Assembly (NCBI GenBank): GCA_965178125.1
Contig: OZ237747.1
Coordinates: forward strand, 682,001-746,000
Reading direction: 5' to 3'
From: Bilabrum cf. latius
Taxonomy: Eukaryota
Length of the DNA stretch: 64,000 bases
Shown: positions 11,955-23,783 of the stretch, one piece after another
Layout of the letters: the number at the start of each line of letters is the position of its first letter
How positions within the stretch are numbered: the stretch's first letter is position 1
The notes under the pieces: generated by a model
Told to the model about the DNA's origin: nothing
What the model saw: the letters and a program-made list of their open reading frames with translations, nothing else
Databases searched by the model: none
Program-made: the position numbers and the translations under genes

Positions 11955-13718
11955 ATGAGGCGCGGCACAAAATCTTCGCGAAGAGGAGTTGCGGCAAGAT
12001 AGAAAAAGCCTGAGCTCCCCAACACAGTCGAAGATCTTGACAAGGCTATCCTTGACGTGCTACAAACGATTGAAGACGACTTTATCAGGGCGAATACAGC
12101 GGTATCAACGATGATTCGAGACGCTAGACCATTCGTGCGGAATACACAAGGTGCACTGGAGACACTGGAGCCGCTGGCCAAGTTTCTTCAATCGTTCGCC
12201 AGCGAACCCCATGATGATTACCTCAAGCGTAGATTCAATACGAACGGTACCGTGGACGACGAATCTATTGGAGCCGGGCCCATTGCAGAGGATATTGGTG
12301 CAACTGGGGCCGCGCTCGGCAGTTCAACTCTGGGCGCAGCAAGTATGCCGAGCTCAGCAGCTGCCGCAGGATCTTCCAAGCAGCCCGAAACACCATCACA
12401 GGCACCAATGGAAGGATCTGTCTCTAGCGACCCTGCGACTCCGTCAGCATAGGTCACGCGCCGCCATGCCGCTGCCACTCCGCGGTCGGGCCGCTCTCAA
12501 GGCGCCTCGGCGGGCAGCTCATCGGCGATGGAAGGAGATGCAGAGCTCGAGGATGCGCTCCTGCGAGAGCCTGCTGCTCCTGCATTCCGCACGGTTGTTC
12601 CCCACACCCCGGCGGTACTGAAGGCCAGAGAACACCTGGCGAGGAGCGCCATCGGGACTCCGCTTCACGGGTCCAAGAGGCGCAAGTCGAGAGGAGGGGC
12701 AGGGGCAGGGTTTGCAACGCCGGCGCCACCGGGCGCATACGACGCGGAAGCAGACGGACCCCTCGGTCTCTTCAGTCCTCCGGTGACGACTCCGTTCTTG
12801 CGTGCGAGCATGAAGCCGCCGAGGAGCAGCATGAGGCGGCGTACAGGCACTGGTCGCAAAGCTGCCGCAAGTGGTCGCAAGGCGTCGAGGGCACCCGAAG
12901 GACAGGGACCTGGGGAACAAGCAAACGAGGGCAATGACGAGACAGGCAATGAGGATGACGACGATGCAGTCGGCATAGTCGACGACTCCGACGAGGAGGG
13001 TGGTGGGGGCGCCCTGCTGGGCTTCGTGGATGAAGAGGACGACCTGGGGCTCAGGGCGTCCGTGCTGGCGGGGCCTCTGGACTTTGCGGAGCTAGACGGG
13101 GTGCGGGGTGCAGCATCTGGGGCCGGGGCGGGGGACAGTGATGGTGACGACGTCGGCGATGATGACGACGATGACGTGCTAGCTTCCCCGGAACTGCCCA
13201 AGTTCTCCAAGCGTGCAACGATGCTGATCCGGAAATCGATGGCACCTGCAGGTATGGGCCAGGGGCCACTTTTGGAGGAGGAGGAGCATGAGGATGAGGA
13301 GGAGGATGAGGAGGGAAACACCGACGCAGGCGGCAAGGTGGAAAGCAAGCCATCGGCTGCAAGTGCTGCGCAGGAGCGCAGGCTTCAAGATGATGATGGC
13401 GGTGGCGGTTTTGTGGGCAGTGATAGCGACGAGGAGGAGGCAGGAAGCGCGGCTAGGGGCGCGGGTGATTTCAGTCTCGACTTGTTCCCTTCCCAGTTCC
13501 AAAGCGGTGCGGGCGCAGTGCAGCTGGCGGCCGTGTGGAGCCACTTCGCGGCAGAGTCTACGAGCGACGAGAGGCCGAGCTCAACTGCGGCGCAAATCTC
13601 CGATTCGCTGGATGGTTTGTCCGAGCCTGTCGCGAGGCTGCTGCTTGGGTTGCTGGTAGGCCGCGGTTTCGTGAGGGCCTCAAACGTGGGGGGCGAGGTG
13701 TTCTACAGGCTTCGGTGA
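11955..13718 (+). CDS. Putative DASH/Dam1 complex subunit Ask1-like protein with an acidic linker and a compact C-terminal domain (2 in-frame TAG)
   Basis: N-terminal VEDLDKAILDVLQTIEDDFIRANTAVS...LAKFLQSF resembles my recollection of the DASH_Ask1 pattern LEQ.ITLTLQEID.NFS.AH..V. TAG at 12000 and 12450; TGA stop at 13716-13718. The CDS is solid; the family call is tentative. Confidence 0.55.
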
Positions 13719-13973
13719 TTTGATTTCAGAATGGGCTTGACGAATGCTTGTGGAAACCCATCAGAAATCTTCAAGCCCTCAGCAAAATTGGTTCAGACAG
13801 TCAGTTCAGTCACAAGTCCACGGTGTTGGGCAGTCGGCTGCAGGCACCCAAAACGGATCGTCCTCCAACCGGCTCCACTACGCCCACGCTGGCACTACAA
13901 TCCTGGATTGAATGCAATTTCACGTATTCATCATTTAAGCGGCTGAGCAAAGCACCATGGGCGCCTCGCCGCC

Positions 13974-16900
13974 TCACGACCTCTCCTCGCCCTCCTCATT
14001 CTCCCCGTGGTATGACTCGGCGCTCCGGTGCTCCTGCAGCTCAAGCTGAGCGTCGTCTTCGTCCACCACGTCCTCGTCATCGCTCTCGTCCATGGACGTG
14101 ATGGCAACACCGCCGGACGTGTGCAGCACGCCGCCGCCACCGCCCGCCTCGGTAGAGGCCACGAGGGCCGCATCGGACACCTGCAACCCGGGATCCGGCG
14201 AGATGCCACGGCCAAAGATGGCCCCGCGCATCGCACCGCCCGGCCGGCTCCCGGGCGCCTCCAGCTCAAAGTCGACACCCGCATGACCGCGACCTGTCGC
14301 ACCGGGCTGCCCCAGGCGGCCATCGTCCACACGATGTGCACCGTCCCTGTCGCCAGCAACGAAGCCCCCCAAGTGCTCCTCCTCAACCTCCTCAAGATCG
14401 TCCATGGAGCCCTGCAGCTCCATAGAGCTGCCAAGTCCCGCTTCCGCTCCCGAGCGGACCCCCTGGCCGGCGCTGTTGTGCCCGCCGGAGCCCGACCCAG
14501 ACCCTGATCCAGACCTGGATGCGGGCACCGACCCAGATCCTGGGGCATGCTACGGTCTCGAGAGACTTCCGGCAAGCTCCGCACGGGTGGGTCCACCGGG
14601 CAACCCGAATCCGCTGGGGTTGTGACCCTACCTCTGCCTGTCGTCTACCGTCGCCGCAGTGGGAAGGAAGTCGCCTTGTTCGGGAGCGGCCCCGTTGGCC
14701 GAGCTGGGCTGCATCCCGGCAGAATCGGGACCAGACTCTCCCGTCGCACTTTGATGGGCAGAGCCAAATTGACGGCTGCCATCCTGCGTACCACTGACAC
14801 CTCCACCCAATGAACTGGATGGAGCGTACGCCATGCGGCCACCCAGCCTGCCGCGCATGCGCTGCACCTGCGCACGAGGCCCAGTCCCCTGGCTGAACCG
14901 GGTGTCCACGCTCTGCCCCGGGCGGCTCTGCGTGCCCAGCGTGAGCACAGACCCGGGGCGACCCCTAGCAGACTGAGAATCGCCTGCCATGAGTCCCCTC
15001 CTCAGCTCCATGGACTGGGACGAGGCGTCAGCCTCCGCCAGCACGTCCAGCTCCAGCCCTGCAACGAGGGCTCCAACGGACACCAGCAGCAAGTACAGGA
15101 AGCAGATCGCAAGCACTACGCCAGCCGGCCACTCTGCATTAGGCCGGGGGGTGACTCCAGCCAAGCGCACGACGAGGAAGCCCATCGTGGGCAGCATGAG
15201 CACCACATGCGGTATCAGAGCCTGCTACCGGAGAAGGTCAGGGAAGGCCTCAGGGCGCCGCAGCATGGCCTTCAGCGGCATGGCGGTGCAGGTACAGCAC
15301 GGCAGGCGTGCCTGCAGAAGCATTGCAAAGTTGCTGCCAATCAGGCAGGACAAAGTCTGGCACAAAAAGAAGAACGCACGGTGGCTCCAGTGCCGCGAGA
15401 GCCAGGCCTCCAGCACTGGGTCACTGCTCACCCCGCCCTGTCGCAACAGAATGCTCCTGTACCACGCCTGCCACACGTTCAACAGGACGAAGATGCCCAG
15501 CGCGATGCAGAGCGTGAGGCTCCCAGCCCACTGCTCCTCCATCAGCACCTTGAGGGCGTACACGTACACGCTACCCACGGCCAGCACTGCCGCCGAGGGC
15601 ACGATGATGAGGTACGGCTGCATGCCCTGGCTCATGAACCGGGGCGTAAGCGTGGCCTTAGAGGCAGTAATAACGCTGGACGAGGCTTCGGAACGGACAG
15701 AGGCGAGGTACCTTTCGCCCTGCATGCTAGGATCACTGCGCACGCTGGCGCCTCCATTCACGGAGCCTCTTCCGGACGCAATGCCACCCGAGTTGCCACG
15801 GGATGAGGTGAATTCAGGGGTCTGCTGCGGCAGCTCCTGCCCGTCGTGATCGACGCCGTAAGGAGCGTTGAAGCGGCCCAGCGGGCGCACCCCCCTCCCC
15901 GCGTCGGGGCCGGGGGGGACAAAGTCTCCCTGTGACATGGCCGTCTGCCCCTCCTCGGATCGGAAGGTGGTGCGCCGTGCCTCCCAGCCCCTCTCCCGCT
16001 CGGGGCCCACACTTCTTGCGCCGACGTTGCTGGACATTCCTCCCGCGTCGGAATTAGTGGAGCCGGTAAAACTCGGGTCGCTGGCGCCGGCTAGTCTCGC
16101 TGGATCCGTGCCAAGCGCCGTACTCCGCGTGCCTTTGGTCCTGTCGTCGGAATCCGGTCCAGACCCAGATCCAGATCCAGATCCCGACCCCTTCTCTTGC
16201 CGTACCACGGACCCTGACGTGGACCCTTGGCCCGACCGCACTGACTTGCCGTCCGTGACAGAGAGCACACCCAGGTCCTCGGTGTCTTCGTCACCCTACG
16301 CGCTGCTGCCGACCAGGAGCGCTATGGTCACAGTCAGAATCACCAGGCCGAACTGACCGCCAAGGGCCGCAAAGAAGATCTCGAAGAGCCAGGTGGCAGA
16401 GCAAACCATGGCATACTGGTGGTTCTTGCACAGCAGCAGGAACTCGAGTCCGGGGCGGTGGTCCGTCGTGGCGTACTGCATCATCGATCGGAGCGTGTCA
16501 CCGGCGATGCTGTCTGTAGGAGACGCAAAGAGGTCCATGATCTGGTAGCCCATCATGCGCGGGCTGTTGAGAGCCGTTGCGTAGTCAGTGGAGCCCAGGT
16601 CGCCGGGCCCAGCGTACCGACCGCCGTGGAATTCCACCCATGGCGCGAGCTCGCCTCCGGTGATCGCCCGCGAGGAGGCACCCACAATGTGGTCGTCGTC
16701 CTGCCCGTAGGTACCGCTGGGAGGTGCCCGTCGGTATGAGGGCCAGATCACGACCAACACCCTCATGCCCGGAGGATTCTCGTACTGGAGTGGTGTGTCC
16801 TGCTCCAGTAGCACCTGGATGCGAGTTGGCTCGGCCTGCAGTATAACATCTAGCAGCTCTGCCTGGATCGCGTCTGCGAGCGCCTCTGCGTTGGAAGAGC

Positions 16901-19001
16901 CCCTGGGATACTCGGCCGGGTCGGCCTAGACAGTCAAGGTCACGCGGACCACCTCTTCGTGCAGCTCGCCCCAGCTCTTGATCCCATGCTTGTGGAAGTC
17001 GCGGCGGTACGGGGACTCCTTGGCCCAGGGACTCACGCACCGGGGCTTGCTCCAGGGCGCAGGGTACGTGTCCGCATACTTGTCGCCTGTGGCCAGGTCA
17101 CCGACGATGCCGTTGGGCTCGGTCGAGTTGCTGTCCCTCGCGACCTCCTTGTCGCCGTTCATCAGGTACTGCGGCGTGTAGAAGTACCGGGTCGGAAGGT
17201 TGCTCTGCCCCTGCATCTGTGCGCGGCGCCGCATTTCGGCGACCAGGTTCCGCTCTGCCTGCAGCTCGCGGCTGCCATGCCACGCGGGCCCACTCCAGCC
17301 CGCCATCCAGTTTCTGGCGATAGGCGCCCCGATGAGCACATGGTCGTTCTGCTCGCATCGGGCCACAACACCGACCCTCCCAGAGAAGTACCCCGCGGTG
17401 GTAGTGTTGACGAACTCCCAGACACCCCCTTCGATCGGCGGGAGTGCCTGGGAGAACTGCGGTGCTACCCGGCGCCGCTTGTCATTCGACACGATCGCAA
17501 CGTGGGAGATGGTCCCGAATGCAGACGCGATCTCTGGCGAGCCGATCGTGAATGACTGGTTCTTTGCGAGCAAGTCCACGGCTGTGGGTGCCATCCTAGT
17601 CGGCCGCATGCATTTGCCGCAGGAAGCTGCTGCGTCCGTCATCCAACTACCGCTGCACCTGCAGTGCTGGCACTTGTTCCAGCTCCAGCCCACCCCCAGC
17701 TCACCGTCCAGGTAGATCTGAGGGACCTGTGTGGTGGGGTGCTGCCCGTAGTACATATAATGCTGCCTCATCGTGGTCAGCTTGAATGCACAGGCCATGG
17801 TACTGCAACTGAAGGTTCGGAAGTGGGCTCCGGGCATAGGGGAAGGCCCCGCAAGAGCGGCAGAGTAGCTCCCCGCTGCTGCTTCCACCACCCCCCTATC
17901 TTGACCATTCCATGGAGAGACCCCACCACCGTGATCGTGGGTAGACGGCACACGCGGAACCGGTGACACGCTCGCTCCCACTACCTACGGAGAAGGAGTC
18001 GGAGACGGGGTCACGCTCGGTGTGGGCGAGGGGGAGGGGTAGGCGTCGCTGATGTTGAGTTCCATCGCCGACACCAGGCAATTGGGAGAGTTGTACCGGA
18101 GGCTGACCAAGTCGTCCCCGCGCGCTCCGGTGGATGCAACTCGTTCAGGACTCCAATTTGTGCGGTTAATGTCGGCGCACAGGACATTGAAGTCGAACAG
18201 CGGGCCGTTGTACCGTGTGAAAAAAAGCTCATAGCTGAGCTTGGGAGCTCGATCGAACGACGTATCGTTCATCGGATACTGTCCCCTGTCTGGCTCGTAG
18301 AGCCAGGAACCCGGTGGATCTACTTGAAGGTATGCGTTTGCGCCAAGCTGCGCCGCGTTTAGTCCCCAATGGGTGCCAGCTCCGCTCTGGACGCTCCTTT
18401 TTGGGTCCGTGGACCCGGCGCACGTGCCTCGCGAGCCGGACAGCCTGCCATCCCGGGCTTCGATGCCTTTCCGCATGCCAAATCCAGCGTATACTCCCGT
18501 TGGTGCCTCGCCGGGCACATCGATAAGCGGCCAGAATGACTGCATGTCCTCGCCCTCGGCCACAACGGAGCGCAACGTCGGCGTGAATGCCACAATCCCG
18601 CCGTGGCCTGCAGATTTGTGCAGGACAGGGACCGGTGCAACGGCAGAAGATGATAGAATCTCTTGAAGAGTTGCATTCAGAGGCTCTCCGTTCCAAGATC
18701 TCTGCAATCGATCGCACTTAGAGCGAGCCCGGACGGGATACCCGCTCGCGACGTAGCTCAGCTCTGCTGAGCGATCCAGTTGCTATCCATGCAAAGATGT
18801 AGCTGTCAGTGCGTCGGCATCGATTTGCTCGAAAGCTTCGTCGTCAACTCTAAAGCCAGAGCTATCCAGCGTAGCCTAAAACTCGCCCTGATACTCTGGA
18901 ACGCACCCAAGCAGCGTGCGGTCCGATCCAGCCGATACAGGGTCGCAGGCTGCCAGAAGCGACAGAGATGCAACTACACTTACACTTAATAATCCCTGCA
19001 T
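13974..19001 (-). CDS. About 1675-aa membrane protein of unknown function: signal peptide, large extracellular region, several TM helices, acidic tail (8 in-frame TAG)
   Basis: Seven fragments share one frame and are joined through TAG (18876, 18783, 17985, 16926, 16296, 15225, 14628, 14550). The start MQGLLSVSVVASLSLLAACDPVSAG is signal-like. There is a PSPTPS linker near 18000 and hydrophobic stretches at about 16300-16410 and 15050-15620. TGA stop at 13974-13976. Confidence 0.7.
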
Positions 19002-19215
19002 TGGACCTCCTTGGTATGGCCCTGAGCTGGGGGGGTGAGAGCCGCGCTTCACGTTAATGGCGTCGCTGCGGTCAAAATTGCCTTCAGCAGCGACTTCTGA
19101 TGCGACCAATTGCCACGATACTAGCAATTTGGGCACACTACGCCAATCAATAGCACACAGCTGAGATGCTTGCTGTGCAGCGGAGCGAAAAGTTCAAGCG
19201 ACACCCACAGCCAAG

Positions 19216-19239
19216 ATGGTCGCACAAATGGTCGCACAA
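19216..19239. repeat. 12-bp tandem duplication ATGGTCGCACAA x2 in an intergenic spacer
   Basis: Directly visible as atggtcgcacaa atggtcgcacaa, about 215 bp upstream of the 19001 start codon. Confidence 0.8.
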
Positions 19240-19355
19240 ATCTGCGTTCATCTCAGACCGCGATATCTACGCGCAACAAAAAAGCGGAGGACAGGTATTA
19301 CCGCCAAGGTAGTTCGATCTAGTCATAAAGAAGTGTAAAGTTTGTTTACAAGCAT

Positions 19356-22300
19356 TCAAAGGCGCCGAATGGCGTCTTCCACCGCGCCTTGCATGGCGGG
19401 CGGCAGTCGCTGCCAGGCCGCCTGCACGGCATCCTTTGCACCGCTTGATCGCAGATCCCGCAGCAAAGCCGCGATTTCCTTGCAGGTCTCAGGTCGGGCC
19501 ATCGTGATCTCGTCGTCCCCGCCGCCGCCTGCGACGGAACACAAAACAGTGGCGCCTACCCTCACGACCTGCTGCACCGCAGCGGGCGAGCAGAAAGCGG
19601 GGTTCTTCGCCCTGGCCTGCTTCACCATGAGGTCGTGGCAGTACTTTGCCTCGGGCTCATCGTCCCGGATGGGCAGATTCTGCAGCCAGGTGGTCCAGAT
19701 CTTGTCCTTGGGAACGGCACCCTAGATCTCTGGAGATGCCTTTGGCAGCACCTGCATCATCAGCTTGCCCATCGAAGACACCGCATTCTCGGTCGCAAGA
19801 TTGTTCTCCTCCTCCCTCGCACCCTCCGAAGACACGACGGAATGCAGGACCCTCAGCAGCACCCCCACCTTGGGGGCAAGGGGCGCCGGCTGCCTCTCCG
19901 CCACAATCCCAACCCCGTAGCAGCACACCATGCGAATCTCCTCGTCGTCTGAACCCAGACCTGCCACGAGCTCCGGCATGAGAGCCGGGAGCACTGCCAA
20001 GGCAGGGGGGCCGCACCACTCCACCAGGTCAACGTACTGGCACAGCGCGTTGTGGTAGAGGGCGGACTGCTGCGGAGACAGGCGGGCGATTCCAAACTTG
20101 GACCCGAGCGTGAGGTGCCTTGCCCACGTGTCGTGCAGGTATTTCTTGAACAAGGGGAGGTACGCCCCCCTGATGTTCTTGCAGATGTACCCCAGCGCGT
20201 CGATGCACTCCGTCGTGAGCTCCTTCTCATCCTCCAGCATCTCATCAAGGAACTCGAGTGCCTCCTCGTCCACGTCTCCCTGCTCTATCACCTCCTTCTC
20301 CTGCGCCTCCCGCCGATCCAGCGACTCTTTCACGATGCCAGAGAGCACGCCAACGGCCCTGTCGCTCACCGCAGGCGGCAGGGGAATGAGCGGCTTGCTG
20401 CTGTGCACATACTCGATGATATCCTCGTCCCCACCGGAGAGGCAGTGGATGAACACGAGCCGCAGAGCGTCGCACATGTTGCTCTTGACCAGTGTGCTGT
20501 GCTCCTTGACTGCCGCGTCCTGCAGCGCCTTCATCACCTGGCTTGCCAGGGGCAGTGCCTCCCTACCGACGGCGTCAGGGGCCAGCCTTCGATCCATTAG
20601 AAGGTGCTGCATGTACGAGCCGAGCAGCTCGGCAGCGCACAGCGACGCCTTGGCTCGAACCTCCTGGAAGCTCTTGAAGCCGATGCATGGAAGGACCGCC
20701 CCCGCGATTGCCTTGGCGTGCGGGCCGATCGCCTTGCCCATGTCCTGCACGAACGAGTGCAGCGCCTCGAGTGCCATGGTCTTGTCCTGCACCTGCTGCG
20801 TGTTGAGGTTCAGCTGCATGGCCACGCCGGAGCCCAGGAACTCCATGGTCATGCTGGACACGCCGTCCTCCTTGGTGGCCTCACCGCCGGTGGTCTCGTC
20901 CTTGACACTGGAGGTGAACTCCACCTCCTGCTTGGCGTAGTCAAGCAGTCGAGGCAGCACCGCGGGCAGGTACTTGCTGAAGCCTCCCTCCAGCACCTTT
21001 GCGATCGACATTAGGGCGCCGATGACGGCGGGCCTCAGCAGGCTGTCCCCGAGCAAGCGCTTGGACACCTCGCTTCGCAGCAAGAGGCTGAGCACCCCAT
21101 CGGCGTCTCTGCTGAAGGTTTCTTTGCCGACCGCCTGGCACAGCAGCCCGATGCACTCGACGGCACGGGCCTTCATCTGCGTCACTGCGTCCCCGTCGGA
21201 GCTGGAGCTCGTGATGAGCGACCGCACCCCGGGCATCAGCGCCTTGTAATACTTGGCGAAGGCCTCGTCCCCGATGGCATTCGCGACGTTGCTGGTGGCC
21301 GTCAGTGCGGCCGAAGTAATCTCCGGCTTGCCGCACTTGAGCAAAGGCACCAGCCCGCCGATGAGCTTGTCAGCGTGGGGCGCAAGGCAAGAGGCGGGGC
21401 AGAACTCCGGGTGGGCCCAATCCACGATGGCGGTGGCGGCCTGGGCGCAGACCCGGGGTGGGTTCCCGCTCTTCATGTCGCACGACATGGCCAGGATGGG
21501 GAACACGTTCCCTGCCGCGGCCTTGTGCAGCGCACCCTTCTAGTGCTTCTTGGCGTCCTCGATCTTGGCGGCGAAGGACTGCCCGATGCACGACAGCGCG
21601 CCCAGGGCGGCGTGCCTCACCCGCGGGTGCGGCTCCGCCCGGGGCGTGGCGCGCTGCGCCACCATGGCGGCCATGGCAACCCTCTGCTTGAGGTCGACGT
21701 CCTGGGCCCTCTCCCTCATCGACGCAGCCACGATCCCAACCGCCGCTGCGGCCGCTCTCCGCCTCTGCCAGGGGGCGGTCGAGTCCCTCGACAAAGTCGA
21801 GCTGAGCGCGGGCAGGATGACAGGAAGCACGGCCTTGTACCCTAGCGCGTTCGCGAGACGGTACAGCGCGGCCTCCGCTGACCTCTGTGGACTGCCGCTG
21901 TCGTCCTCTCCGCTCTCGTCTCCCTCCAGGTCAAAGGTGCCAGAGACCCACGCGGAGTCGTCGTCCACCTCGGTCATGAGCTGCAGGCAGGTCAGCAGAG
22001 TCTCGTTGGCGAACCCAGGTACGGCGCGGGCCATGCCGCCGGCTGACACGGCCATCGACACTAGGAATTCCATGGCGGCGTTGCGGCTTGTCTGGTCCCT
22101 GTCCGTTGTCTTGGCCAGGCCGGTGAGGGCGCGCAGCATGTTCGCCAGGTGAGGCTGGAACACGTCGGGCCTCTGCGCCGCCAGCGTGCTGAGGTGTCCC
22201 AGCGCCAGAGCAGCGTCCTCGTCGTTGCCGCCCTTGACCATGCCGCCGACGGCAGACATGACGCGACCGAACGCGGGCTGCACGCGCTCCCTGTCTGCCT

Positions 22301-23494
22301 TTCCGTCAAGGTTGCTCGCGAACGTGCATAGAGACTGGATGGCGGCCAGCACGACGGCTGAGCTGTTCCCTGGCTGCATGCCCTTCATGCACAGATTCAA
22401 AATGTCCTTGGCGTGGCCGGTGGCGCGGTCGGCCATGAGGATTACGAGGCACGATAGGAGGTGCATGCCTGCCTCCCTGGTCGAGGGGTCGCTGTGGCCC
22501 GCCGCCTGGGTCACAACTGGGAACAGCTCCGGCCAAGGGGCCGGCGTGCACACGGTAAGCTGCGCGATGCAGTTGCCGATGCGGCACCGGACCGCGTGGG
22601 ACGTCTCGCGCTGGAAGGCGCCCACAAGGCTAGCGCGCGCTGCAATGACAGAAAACGTACTTGAAAAGGCGCGGAAATGGTGTGTCTGTACGCAACGATG
22701 GTATTTGGTACGAAATCGGTCATATTGCTGGCTGGCATTTCGAAAATGGGAGACCAGCCCATATGGTTTCCATCACACGTGTTCAAAGTAAGCGTTAGCA
22801 GTTGGGTTACCTAAACGTTACCATGCAACTACAACTGATATGCGAAGTATCGAAGGTATCTCACTCGCAGCGTGGACAGCAGGGCTCAGCTTGCCGAACG
22901 GCTTGCCTTGCGTGAACAGGAGCTTTCGCAGAAGCACGGCGGCTACTAGTCTTCCTGCCTCGGCCTTGCAACCAGAGATAGTTTTGATCAACAGATCAAC
23001 GGTTCCAGGCGGGTTCGATTTAACCAAGCCTTTGTACATGTTGGCGGCCTGTGTGCAGAGGTCGGGGGCATGCGCGACAGGATCCAGCCAGATTGAGATG
23101 AGCGAGTGGAATTCGGCCAAACTTTGCATTGCAGATCATACAAGGCGAACGCCAGCGTCAAACAACAGCGCAGACATCCATGGTAAGCAATGGGTGGACA
23201 GATCGCCCTGACCGGAAGCTGCCCTACAACACACGGCCATTCTTCGCTATATCCCCAGCAAACGAAACTCTTGCTGCTGTACTTTATTCTCTTCAATCTT
23301 TCTTCTTACCCTCTCGCGGATGCCATCATCCTCTGCCAATATCTGCTGCAAAACTCCTTGGAACTGCTCCGGTCTGCGATTCAAATCAACAGCCAATTCG
23401 AAAGGGAATTCTGAATGAACTCGTTTCTATCAAGTCATTCCATCATACAACAACGGTAGTTAATCAATCATTGTACTCACGTAGGGACAGCCAT
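19356..23494 (-). CDS. Importin-beta family HEAT-repeat karyopherin, importin-5/Kap121-like (exons 23494-23481, 23373-23310, 23048-22865, 22639-19356; 2 in-frame TAG)
   Basis: Spliced N-terminus MAVPTPEQFQGVLQQILAEDDGIRER-AANMYKGL. Motifs WPELFP, HPRVRHAA, KARAVECIGLLCQAVGKETF, ATENAVSSMGK and WLQNLPIRDDEPEA. All three introns are GT..CAG and phase-consistent. TAG at 21540 and 19722; TGA stop at 19356-19358. Confidence 0.85.
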
Positions 23495-23783
23495 ATTGCA
23501 ACTATTAAGGAGTCGCGTACAAAGCAGTGTTTGAACTTTGCTCTTGCCTTTCGAAATGAAAATAGAGATTTATTGGCCATCCAGTAGCACGCTACAAACA
23601 GTTTGAACGCCGCGATTTCAAACTGTCCAGCAATATTCTAGCCGTCGAGGCGACGTTTAGTGCAGCCTTGTCAGTCCCAGTTGGTCTTGTGCAGTCTTTG
23701 TACGTTCCTGACTGGCTGCAAGCCGAAGAAGGCTCCAAGCTGCGTGGAAGAATCGAATCGCAACTGCAACTCAACGACTCGCC

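Noticed and set aside
22818-23129. ATG at 23129 as the importin start
   Set aside because: Two upstream phase-compatible exons (23494-23481, 23373-23310) give a better importin-5-like N-terminus, which places 23129 inside an intron.
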